From Gemmatimonadales bacterium (GTDB lineage Bacteria; Gemmatimonadota; Gemmatimonadetes; Gemmatimonadales; GWC2-71-9), in assembly GCA_036002045.1 (NCBI GenBank), contig DASYTT010000037.1, positions 39,608 to 103,607 on the forward strand: 64,000 nt of DNA. The letters are read 5' to 3'. A program made the position numbers and the translations under genes. The number at the start of each line of letters is the position of its first letter. Position 1 is the first letter of the stretch. The notes under the pieces are model-generated. The model worked only from the letters and a program-made list of their open reading frames with translations, made no database searches and was not told the DNA's origin. This document shows positions 47,984-58,965 of this stretch, piece by piece.

Positions 47984-48062
47984 GGTGGCAGGTGGCAGGT
48001 GGCAGGTGGCAGGGAGGTGGTAGCACCTGCAACCTGCAACCTGCAACCTGCGACCTGCAACC
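47984..48062. repeat. Heptamer-array hairpin, element B (GGTGGCA / CCTGCAA units)
   Basis: Left arm is GGTGGCA x4 at 47984-48011. Right arm is CCTGCAA x3, CCTGCGA, CCTGCAA at 48026-48060. The apex is GGTG-GTAG-CACC. The arms are complementary 6 of 7 per unit. It starts 2 nt after stop TGA 47979-47981. Positions 47983-48007 are identical to 12978-13002. Confidence 0.9.
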
Positions 48063-48072
48063 ATTATCTTTC

Positions 48073-48957
48073 ATGGCTATGCCGCTGAGCATGACGGGCT
48101 TTGGTGCAGCCGAGGGATCGGTCGCTGGCGGAGTACTTCGGGTAGAAATCCGGAGTGTGAACCATCGATTCTTTCATCTGGCCGCGAAGCTGCCCGGCGA
48201 CCTGGGGGCGTTTGAGATAGACTTGCGCGACCGGCTGCGCCGGGAATTCGAGCGGGGGCATTTGGCGGTGCAGATCCGCTGGAGCAGCGCGCCCACCGCG
48301 GCGGTGGGAACCCTGGCGGTCAATGCGGAGCGGGCACGGGAGGCAGCGGGGCGGCTCCGGGAGCTGCAGGTGGCGGCGGGGCTAAGCGGCGAGATTCCGC
48401 TCGACCTCATCGCGCGACAGCCCGATGTCTTCGTGGCCTCGGACGCGGAGACCAGCGCGGCCCAGTGGGGCGAACTGGAGCCGATCGTGGCCAGTGCCGC
48501 CGCGCAATGCAGGGAAGCGCGGCTGCGTGAAGGCTCCGTGCTGGCCGGCGAGCTGTGCGGGCTGCTCGCGACGATCCGCCACGAGGCGGAACGAGTTGCC
48601 GGACGCGCCCCGGAGCGACTGATCCACGAGCGGGAGCGCATTCGCAAGGTGGTGACCGAGCTGCTTGACGGGCGGGCGGTCGACGAACAGCGCCTCGCGC
48701 AGGAGATCGCGTTTCTGGCGGAGCGGATCGACATCAACGAGGAGCTGGTGCGGCTGCGAGCCCACCTGGACGCCTGCCTGGAAGCGCTGGGGAGTGACGC
48801 ACCGGTCGGCAAGCGGTTGGGCTTTCTGGCGCAGGAGCTCGGTCGCGAGATCAATACCATCGGGTCAAAGGCGAACGACACCGCGATGCAGCATGCCGTC
48901 GTCGCCATGAAGGGAGAGCTGGAGCGATTCCGGGAACAGCTCGAGAACTTGGAGTAG
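48073..48957 (+). CDS. yicC: YicC-family stress-induced protein / endoribonuclease
   Basis: N-terminal SMTGFG, the RSVNHRF block and C-terminal EINTIGSKAND...K.ELE..REQ.QN.E. Start is ATG 48073; 48079 or 48091 are also possible. Confidence 0.8.
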   Translation: MAMPLSMTGFGAAEGSVAGGVLRVEIRSVNHRFFHLAAKLPGDLGAFEIDLRDRLRREFERGHLAVQIRWSSAPTAAVGTLAVNAERAREAAGRLRELQVAAGLSGEIPLDLIARQPDVFVASDAETSAAQWGELEPIVASAAAQCREARLREGSVLAGELCGLLATIRHEAERVAGRAPERLIHERERIRKVVTELLDGRAVDEQRLAQEIAFLAERIDINEELVRLRAHLDACLEALGSDAPVGKRLGFLAQELGREINTIGSKANDTAMQHAVVAMKGELERFREQLENLE

Positions 48958-48971
48958 CGCCGTTCCTGCTC

Positions 48972-49598
48972 GTGCTTTCCTCGCCATCCGGGGGCGGGAA
49001 ATCCACGATTGCGCGTCATCTCCTCGAAGCGCGCGAGGACGTGACCTATTCGGTGTCGGCTACGACCCGGCCGATCCGCAATGGGGAGGAAGACGGCCGG
49101 CACTATCACTATCTCTCGCGCGCGGAGTTCTCGCGGCGCGCCGACGCGGGAGAGTTTGTCGAGTGGGCGGAGTACGGCGGGAACCTGTACGGCACGCTTC
49201 GCTCGGAGGTCGAGCGCGGGCTCTGCGCGGGGCGCCACGTGGTCCTCGACATCGACGTGGAGGGCGCGCGACAGGTCCGCGAGCAATACCCGGATTCGGT
49301 GCACGTATTCGTCTTGCCGCCTTCCGCCGCAGTGCTCGTGCAGCGGCTGCGGACGCGGAACACCGAGGACCTCGCGGCCATCGAGCGACGCATCGGCATC
49401 GCCGCCGGCGAGCTGCGCGCCGCGAAGGACTATGATTACGTCGTCGTCAACGACGATTTCGTCGAAGCCGTGGCGCACGTTGCGGCGATTCTCGATGTGG
49501 AAGCGCGTCGCCTGCGCCGGCTGACCAATCTCGCGGAAGTCATCGACAACCTGCAGCAGGATCTTGCCGGATTGCAGCAAAAGCTGCGCAAGGAGTAA
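48972..49598 (+). CDS. gmk: Guanylate kinase
   Basis: P-loop SSPSGGGKST and SATTRP.R.GE.DG..Y.F. Conserved yicC-gmk-rpoZ order. Confidence 0.9.
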   Translation: MLSSPSGGGKSTIARHLLEAREDVTYSVSATTRPIRNGEEDGRHYHYLSRAEFSRRADAGEFVEWAEYGGNLYGTLRSEVERGLCAGRHVVLDIDVEGARQVREQYPDSVHVFVLPPSAAVLVQRLRTRNTEDLAAIERRIGIAAGELRAAKDYDYVVVNDDFVEAVAHVAAILDVEARRLRRLTNLAEVIDNLQQDLAGLQQKLRKE

Positions 49599-49601
49599 AC
49601 G

Positions 49602-49829
49602 ATGGAGATCTTTACGCCGACCGACGCCGCGCGCAACGCCGGCACCAAGTACCGGTCCATCTTGGTCGCCGCGCGGTTCGCGCGGTATCTGAACGAGTTC
49701 CCCAAGGATCGCCAGGTCCAATGGGCCGAGAATGAACGCGCCATGAAGCTGACGACGCTTTCCATGCGTAAGCTCGTCTCCGGCGAGTTGAATTTCCGCG
49801 AGCTCAGGCGCCGCCGCTCCGAAGTCTGA
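49602..49829 (+). CDS. rpoZ: Probable RNA polymerase omega subunit (divergent)
   Basis: 75 aa immediately after gmk. The core KYRSILVAARFARYL resembles the omega NRY.LV..AAKRARQL helix. Assignment rests largely on synteny. Confidence 0.5.
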   Translation: MEIFTPTDAARNAGTKYRSILVAARFARYLNEFPKDRQVQWAENERAMKLTTLSMRKLVSGELNFRELRRRRSEV

Positions 49830-49839
49830 GACCCGCCGC

Positions 49840-50652
49840 GTGAGCGATTCGCGGCGCCGCTACCTGGCCATCCAGCGCGAGCTGGGCGGGAACGAGGTCA
49901 TTCTCTCGGCTCCGCTCGGCAGGTCAGTCGGTGAGGACGGCGAGGTCAGTGCGGTCAGTGAGGTCGGTGAGGTCAGTTCTCCGTCCCCACCGTCCTCACC
50001 GTCCTCACCGCCCAACTGGCGTCGCGGCGCCCCCCCGATTCCCGACACGCCCGGCCTTAGCGTCGTTGCCCCGCCGCGTGGCCTGATGGACCCGCCGCCG
50101 GAGTGGAACACCCTCGAGGAAGTCAGCAGCGCGATCGCGGTCTGCCGCAGCTGCTTTCTGTGCGAGGGCCGTACCCGGACGGTGCCGGGAGAGGGAAGCC
50201 CGCGCGCCGAACTGCTGTTCGTCGGAGAGGGGCCCGGTCAGGTCGAGGATGCGACCGGGCGGCCGTTCGTGGGACGAGCCGGGGAGCTGCTCACCCAGAT
50301 CATCGAGGCCATCGGACTGCGTCGCGAGGATGTTTTCATCGCGAATGCCGTCAAGTGCCGTCCGCCGCAGAATCGCAAGCCGCTGCCCGACGAGCTCGCC
50401 GCCTGCTGGCGCTACCTCGAGCGCCAAATCGAGCTGCTGCGCCCCAAAGTGATCGTCGCCCTGGGTGCAACCGCGGCCGAAACTCTGCTCCAGGTCCGGC
50501 GGAGTCTCGCGGAACTGCGCGGCAGAGTACATTCTTACCGTGGCATCCCGCTGGTGGTGACCTATCACCCGGCGGCCCTCCTCCGCAACCCGAATTGGAA
50601 GAAGCCGACCTGGGATGACATCCGTATCGCCCGACAGCTTCTCGACCGTTGA
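49840..50652 (+). CDS. Uracil-DNA glycosylase, family 4 (Fe-S type) with an N-terminal extension
   Basis: C..C.LC, GEG.P.AELLFVGEGPG..ED..G.PFVG.AG.LL and HP..LLR blocks. The N-terminal roughly 90 aa include the repeat-encoded segment. Confidence 0.8.
   Translation: MSDSRRRYLAIQRELGGNEVILSAPLGRSVGEDGEVSAVSEVGEVSSPSPPSSPSSPPNWRRGAPPIPDTPGLSVVAPPRGLMDPPPEWNTLEEVSSAIAVCRSCFLCEGRTRTVPGEGSPRAELLFVGEGPGQVEDATGRPFVGRAGELLTQIIEAIGLRREDVFIANAVKCRPPQNRKPLPDELAACWRYLERQIELLRPKVIVALGATAAETLLQVRRSLAELRGRVHSYRGIPLVVTYHPAALLRNPNWKKPTWDDIRIARQLLDR
49921..50012. repeat. 9-mer-array inverted repeat, element E, in frame inside udg
   Basis: Left arm is GAGGTCAGT GCGGTCAGT GAGGTCGGT GAGGTCAGT, preceded by GGTGAGGACGG. 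Right arm is CCGTCCCCA CCGTCCTCA CCGTCCTCA CCG. GGTGAGGACGG (49930-49940) is exactly complementary to CCGTCCTCACC (49990-50000 and 49999-50009). It translates as RSVGEDGEVSAVSEVGEVSSPSPPSSPSSPP. Confidence 0.85.
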
Positions 50653-52006
50653 ACAATCGCTCCGGGCCGCTCCCTGGAGCCCGGAGGCGGAGCAGGCGGT
50701 GCTGGGCGCGATGCTGCTCGACCAGGACGCCGCGCTCAGGGCCGCGGAGCTGCTGGACTATGGGATGTTCTACCGCGAGGCGCATCGGCGGCTCTTCCGC
50801 GCGATGGTCGCGCTGACCGAGCAGCGGATCGTCATCGACCACATCACCCTGCGCGACGAGCTGCTCCGCCGCAACGAGCTCGAAGCGGCCGGCGGGATCG
50901 AATACCTCGCGGAGCTGGTGGACGTGGTGGCGACCCCGGCCAACCTCGAGCATCACGCGCGGATCCTGCGCGAAAAATCCATTCTCCGCCGCCTGATCGA
51001 GGCCTCTACCGGGATCATCCAGCAGGCTTACGACGGCCGGCTCGGGGCCAACGAGCAGCTCGACGAAGCCGAGGGGCGGATTTTCCGGATCTCCCAGGAG
51101 CGCCGCCAGGACGGCTTTACCCGCATCAAGGAAATGCTCTGGCCGACGATGGAGCGGATAGAAATGCTCCATCGCAGCGGCACAACGGTTACCGGAGTTC
51201 CCAGCGGATTCACAGATTTGGATGGATTGACGTCGGGCTTTCAACGCTCCGAGCTGATCATCGTGGCGGCGCGGCCCTCGATGGGGAAGACGGCGTTCTG
51301 CCTCAACATCGCGACCAACGCGGCCCACAAGGGCACCGGAGTCGCCATTTTCTCGCTGGAAATGTCGAAGGATGCGCTGGTGCAACGGATGCTCTGTGCG
51401 GAGGCATTGATCGACAGCCAGGCGGTACGCCAGGGGCGCATCAAGGACTCGGATTATCCCAAGCTGGCCCGGGCGTCCGGCATCCTGCAGCAGTGTCCCA
51501 TCTGGATCGACGACACGCCCGCGCTCACGCTGCTGGAAATGCGCGGCAAGGCCCGGCGGCTGCGGGCCGAGGTGGAAGTCGGCATGATCATCGTGGACTA
51601 TCTGCAGCTGATGCGCAGTCCCGAATACGCCGAAAACCGAGTCCAGGAAATCTCGGATATTTCTCGCTCGCTCAAGGCACTGGCCCGCGAGCTGCAGATC
51701 CCGGTGCTGGCGCTCTCGCAGCTGTCCCGGGCGTCAGAGCAGCGAGGCGGCGGCAAGGAGCCGATGCTCTCCGATCTGCGCGACTCCGGCGCCATCGAGC
51801 AGGACGCCGATATCGTGATTTTCATTCATCGTCCCGAGATGTACAAGGATCTGCGCGAGAAGGCCGAAAACGCGGGGACCAACATCGAGGGGCTGGCCGA
51901 AATCCACCTCGCCAAGCATCGCAACGGTCCCACCGGGAACCTCAAACTGCATTTCCACAAGCAGTTCACCCGCTTCGACAGCCACTCCGAGCGCGAGGCG
52001 ACCTGA
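50615..52006 (+). CDS. dnaB: Replicative DNA helicase DnaB
   Basis: PEAEQAVLGAMLLD N-terminal motif, Walker A ARPSMGKTAF, and the IIVDYLQLM and LSQLSR blocks. Confidence 0.9.
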   Translation: MTSVSPDSFSTVEQSLRAAPWSPEAEQAVLGAMLLDQDAALRAAELLDYGMFYREAHRRLFRAMVALTEQRIVIDHITLRDELLRRNELEAAGGIEYLAELVDVVATPANLEHHARILREKSILRRLIEASTGIIQQAYDGRLGANEQLDEAEGRIFRISQERRQDGFTRIKEMLWPTMERIEMLHRSGTTVTGVPSGFTDLDGLTSGFQRSELIIVAARPSMGKTAFCLNIATNAAHKGTGVAIFSLEMSKDALVQRMLCAEALIDSQAVRQGRIKDSDYPKLARASGILQQCPIWIDDTPALTLLEMRGKARRLRAEVEVGMIIVDYLQLMRSPEYAENRVQEISDISRSLKALARELQIPVLALSQLSRASEQRGGGKEPMLSDLRDSGAIEQDADIVIFIHRPEMYKDLREKAENAGTNIEGLAEIHLAKHRNGPTGNLKLHFHKQFTRFDSHSEREAT

Positions 52007-52007
52007 G

Positions 52008-53378
52008 GTGGCTCGCGGCCGCTCGGTCTATCGCTGCGCCGAGTGCGGCCACGATCACCCCAAGTGGGCAGGGCGCTGCGAGGCTTGTGGTGAGTGGAAT
52101 ACGGTGGCGGAGGAGCCGGTCTCGGTCGGTCGGACGGTCGGACGGTCGGGCGGTCGGTCAAAAGCCTTACCGACCTCCCCGACCTCACCGACACCACTGT
52201 CCGACGTTCAGGAATCCCGCCTGGTTCGCTGGACGACCGGAATTCCTGAATTCGATTTCGTGATCGGTGGGGGCATCGTCCCCGGCTCGATGGCCTTGAT
52301 CGGCGGCGAGCCGGGCATCGGCAAGTCCACGCTGCTGCTGCAAACCGCGGCGAGGTTGCGCGCTCAGGGTCGCCACGTGCTGTATGCGAGCGGCGAGGAG
52401 TCCCCCGAGCAGATTCGTCTCCGCGCCGATCGCCTGGTGGAGGACGCCGGGCCGGTGCTGGTCCTGGGGGAGACCCGGCTAGAGGAAATCGTCGCGGCAG
52501 CCCGCTCCACCGGCGCCGAGCTGCTGGTGCTCGACTCGATCCAGACTGTCTACACCGACGAGCTTGAGGGCGCTCCCGGCAGCGTCGGTCAGGTGCGCGA
52601 ATGTGCCGCGCGGCTGATGCGTTTCGCCAAGGAGAGTGGCACCGCCGTCTTCGTGGTGGGCCACGTGACCAAGGGCGGGGCCATCGCGGGTCCGAAGACG
52701 CTGGAGCACATCGCGGACACCGTGCTCTACTTCGAAGGCGAGGGATCGCTCGACTACCGGCTGCTGCGCGCCACCAAGAACCGCTTCGGCTCCGTGGATG
52801 AGCTGGGGGTCTTCTCCATGTCCGAGCGAGGGCTCTCCGCCGTGGCCAACCCTTCCGCGGTGTTTCTTGCCGCGCGTTCCGCAAGCAGCACCGGGAGCGC
52901 GGTCACCGCGCTCATGGAAGGCACCCGACCGGTCCTGGTCGAAGTGCAGGCGCTCGCCGCCCCTTCGGGCTACGGCACTCCCCAACGGGTAGCCACTGGG
53001 CTCGATCCCAAACGGCTGGCGGTGCTGCTCGCGGTGCTCGAGCGGCGGGGTGGGGCGAGCTTTGCGCAGCTGGATGTCTTCGTGCAGGTCACCGCCGGCG
53101 TGCGGCTTCGCGAACCCGGAGCGGATCTGGCCGTGGCGGCCGCGCTGCTCTCCAGTCTCCATGGCCGGCCGACTCCAGCCGACTCGCTTTACCTGGGAGA
53201 AATCGGGCTCGGCGGGGAAATCCGCCCCATCGGGGGCCTGGAGCGCCGGCTGGCCGAAGCGGGCAGGCTGGGCTTCCGCCGGGCCTTCGGATCGTCGCGC
53301 CAGGGCTCGGAGATCCCCGGACTTCGGCACATTCCGCTCTCCCATGTCGACGAGCTGGTCCGCGCCCTTGCCGCTTGA
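52008..53378 (+). CDS. radA: DNA repair protein RadA/Sms
   Basis: C4 zinc finger (YRCAECGHDHPKWAGRCEACGEW), Walker A GEPGIGKSTLLLQ, KNRFG motif and a Lon-like C-terminal domain. Confidence 0.9.
   Translation: MARGRSVYRCAECGHDHPKWAGRCEACGEWNTVAEEPVSVGRTVGRSGGRSKALPTSPTSPTPLSDVQESRLVRWTTGIPEFDFVIGGGIVPGSMALIGGEPGIGKSTLLLQTAARLRAQGRHVLYASGEESPEQIRLRADRLVEDAGPVLVLGETRLEEIVAAARSTGAELLVLDSIQTVYTDELEGAPGSVGQVRECAARLMRFAKESGTAVFVVGHVTKGGAIAGPKTLEHIADTVLYFEGEGSLDYRLLRATKNRFGSVDELGVFSMSERGLSAVANPSAVFLAARSASSTGSAVTALMEGTRPVLVEVQALAAPSGYGTPQRVATGLDPKRLAVLLAVLERRGGASFAQLDVFVQVTAGVRLREPGADLAVAAALLSSLHGRPTPADSLYLGEIGLGGEIRPIGGLERRLAEAGRLGFRRAFGSSRQGSEIPGLRHIPLSHVDELVRALAA
52117..52197. repeat. GGTC-rich / CCGACC-rich inverted repeat array, element F, in frame inside the radA linker
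   Basis: Left arm is CGGTC TCGGTC GGTC GGACGGTC GGACGGTC GGGCGGTC GGTC at 52117-52159. The loop is CAAAAGCCTT. Right arm is CCGACCTCC CCGACCTCA CCGACACCA at 52170-52196. GGTCGGT (52152-52158) pairs with ACCGACC (52169-52175), and GGTCGGG (52144-52150) pairs with CCCGACC (52178-52184). It translates as VSVGRTVGRSGGRSKALPTSPTSPTP. Confidence 0.8.
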
Positions 53379-54069
53379 TGTTGGGGTAGTCCTCGCCGCC
53401 GCCGGCCGGGGAGAGCGCTGCGGCGATCCGCCGAAGCAGTTCCGCTCTCTCGCGGGAGCACCGTTGCTCCTGCACGCGCTGCGTCCCTTCCTGTCCCATC
53501 CCGCGGTGGCCCTTGTCAGTGTCGTCCTGCCCGAGGAGCAGGCCGCCGCACCACCGGATTGGCTGGCGGAGCTGGTGGGCGAGCGTCTCCGGGTGGTTGC
53601 CGGTGGCACAACACGGATGGATTCCGTCGCCGCCGGGCTCCGCGTGCTCCCGGTTTCGTGCTCGATCGTCCTCGTCCACGATGGCGCGCGGCCTTTTCCG
53701 GAGGCGGTGGTGATCGATGCGGTAATCGCGCAGGCCCGGCGGGGAGTCGGGGCCATTGCGGCGGTGCCGCTGTACGACACGCTGAAGGAAGCCGGGCCTA
53801 TCGAAAGCGATACACCGCCGCCGGTGCTGCGCACCCTCTCCCGCACCGCCGTCTGGCGCGCGCAAACCCCGCAGGCTTTTCCGAGAGCGTTGCTGGAAGC
53901 GGCCTACGCCACTGCCCGAGCGGAGGGCTTTGCCGCGACCGACGACGCGGAGCTGGTCGAGCGAAGCGGAGGAACGGTGGTCCTGGTGCGTGACGTGAGC
54001 TCTAATCTCAAAGTCACGACTCCCGAGGACTTCCGAGTGGCGGAGGCACTCGCTCGCATCGCACGATGA
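53344..54069 (+). CDS. ispD: 2-C-methyl-D-erythritol 4-phosphate cytidylyltransferase
   Basis: VVLAAAGRGERCG (the P-loop-like AAG.G.R), VLVHDGARP and the DTLK block. Start is ATG 53344 (overlaps radA) or TTG 53368. Confidence 0.8.
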   Translation: MSTSWSAPLPLDVGVVLAAAGRGERCGDPPKQFRSLAGAPLLLHALRPFLSHPAVALVSVVLPEEQAAAPPDWLAELVGERLRVVAGGTTRMDSVAAGLRVLPVSCSIVLVHDGARPFPEAVVIDAVIAQARRGVGAIAAVPLYDTLKEAGPIESDTPPPVLRTLSRTAVWRAQTPQAFPRALLEAAYATARAEGFAATDDAELVERSGGTVVLVRDVSSNLKVTTPEDFRVAEALARIAR

Positions 54070-54716
54070 TCCTTCCGCTCCGGACCCCGGGCGACGCCGA
54101 GCTCGCCGCACCGGCAGTTGCCGAACAGCTTGCAGGTCATCGACTGCTTGCCTATCCGACCGAGACCGTCTACGGGCTTGGCTCGGCCGCGGAGCCGCGC
54201 TCGCTGGCGCGTCTGGCTGCCCTCAAGGGCAGGCAACGGGGCAAACCCTTCTTGTTGCTGGTAGCAAACCGGCGGATGGCCGAGGCCTCCGGCCTCGTGT
54301 TTACCCCCGCGGCCGATGCGCTCGCTGAGGCATTCTGGCCCGGTCCGCTCACCCTGGTACTGCGCGGCGGTGAGGGCAAGCTGCCGGACGGGCTGCGCGG
54401 GCCAGAGGGCGGCATCGCCGTGCGGCACACTTCGAACGCCGCAGTGGCGCGCTTGATCGCCCTGCTGGACCAGCCGCTCACCTCGACCTCCGCCAACATT
54501 CCGGGTCAGCCGCCGGCGCCGGGTGCCGAACAGATTGTGGCGCTGTTTCGCTCCGCCTACGATGCGGGCGACCTTCTGGTTCTCGATGGCGGAACCCTGG
54601 GTAATGTTCCCCCGTCGACGATGGTGGACTGCACGGGGTACCAACCCGCGCTTATTCGCGAAGGGGCGCTGCCGCGCCAGGAGCTGCGAGCGGCCGTGGG
54701 GAGGCTGGCTCCTTGA
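54066..54716 (+). CDS. tsaC: L-threonylcarbamoyladenylate synthase (YrdC/Sua5 domain)
   Basis: YPTETVYGLG, KGR...KPF.LLV and SANIPG blocks. ATGA overlap with ispD. Confidence 0.8.
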   Translation: MILPLRTPGDAELAAPAVAEQLAGHRLLAYPTETVYGLGSAAEPRSLARLAALKGRQRGKPFLLLVANRRMAEASGLVFTPAADALAEAFWPGPLTLVLRGGEGKLPDGLRGPEGGIAVRHTSNAAVARLIALLDQPLTSTSANIPGQPPAPGAEQIVALFRSAYDAGDLLVLDGGTLGNVPPSTMVDCTGYQPALIREGALPRQELRAAVGRLAP

Positions 54717-54743
54717 GCACTCACTGCTGACCGGGGATTCGAC

Positions 54744-55208
54744 GTGGCCGCAAAGCGCGTCCTGCTCGTTTGCAGCGGCAACACCTGCCGGAGTCCGATG
54801 GCGGAAGCCTTGCTGCGGCGCGCCCTCGCGGAAGCGGGCGTCCAGGGCGTGACCGTCGAATCGGCGGGGATCGGGGCGTGGGAAGGCGCCCCGGCGTCGG
54901 AAGGAGCCTATCTCGTCCTGCTGGAGCGGGGGATCGATCTCTCGGCGCACCGGGCCAGACTGCTGACTCGGGAAATGGTGGAGCGGGCGGATGTGATCCT
55001 TACGATGGGTCGGGTCCAGCTCGGGAAGGTCCGTGAGTTAGGGGCCGGGGCCCGGGCCCACCTGCTCGCCGAATATGCCGGGCAGGATCCGGCGCAGGGA
55101 GAGATTGCCGATCCCTACGGAGCCGAGCTCGATAAGTACCGCGAGACCTACCGCCAGCTGGTCGAACTGATGCCGACTGTCGCAAGCCGCCTCGCGGGCG
55201 CGACCTGA
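54744..55208 (+). CDS. Low-molecular-weight protein-tyrosine phosphatase / arsenate-reductase-fold protein
   Basis: CX5R(S) P-loop VCSGNTCRSPMAE and the DP motif (IADPYG). Confidence 0.8.
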   Translation: MAAKRVLLVCSGNTCRSPMAEALLRRALAEAGVQGVTVESAGIGAWEGAPASEGAYLVLLERGIDLSAHRARLLTREMVERADVILTMGRVQLGKVRELGAGARAHLLAEYAGQDPAQGEIADPYGAELDKYRETYRQLVELMPTVASRLAGAT

Positions 55209-55985
55209 TGGACGTCTCGGGAGGAACCCGGGTCTTTGCCATCCTGGGCGACCCGGTCGCGCACTCGCTTTCGCCGGTCATGCAGAACGCCGCCTTTCAC
55301 GCGCTGGGGCTGCCGGCGATCTACGTGCCGCTCCGCTGCAACGCGACGGCGCTCGGAACGCTGATGGAAAGCCTGGCGGCCCAGGGTGGGGGGGGGAACG
55401 TCACGATCCCCCACAAGGCCGCCGCCGCTGCAGTCATCTCAGGGCAGACGGCCGGCGAGCCACCGCTCGCGGTGTGTAACACGTTCTGGGGTTGCAATGG
55501 CCGGCTCGAAGGAACTGAGACCGATAGCGGCGCCATCATCGCGGCCTTGGAGCGCCTTACCGCGCCCGGCAACACCTGGCTGGTGATCGGCACGGGTGGC
55601 AGCGCGCACGCGGCACTGCTGGCAGCCAAGAGGGGTGGTGCGCGGATCGCCGTACGCTCCCGGAGCGGGGAGCGCGCCAAGTCGTTCGAGCACCTGGCGG
55701 AAGCGCTCGGGGTGCCGCTCGCACGCGACGCTGAATACGACGTGGTGCTCAATTGCACCCCGCTGGGTTTACAGGATGGGGATCCGCTGCCGCTCGATCC
55801 GGCGCTCGTTCCGGAGCCCGCTGTGGCCCTCGATCTGGTCTACCGGCGGGGGGAGACCGCGTGGGTGCGGGCGTTGCGGGCGCTGGGGCGTCGAGCGGCG
55901 GACGGGCGCGAGGTTTTGCTCGAGCAGGGTGCGGCAGCGTTCGAGCACTGGTTCCCGGGCCGCCGCGCGCCGCGTGAGGTGATGC

Positions 55986-56014
<29 letters not shown>
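55208..56014 (+). CDS. aroE: Shikimate 5-dehydrogenase
   Basis: ILGDPVAHSLSPVMQNAAF, NVTIPHK and GTGGSA blocks. Confidence 0.85.
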
Positions 56015-58964
<2,950 letters not shown>

Positions 58965-58965
<1 letters not shown>

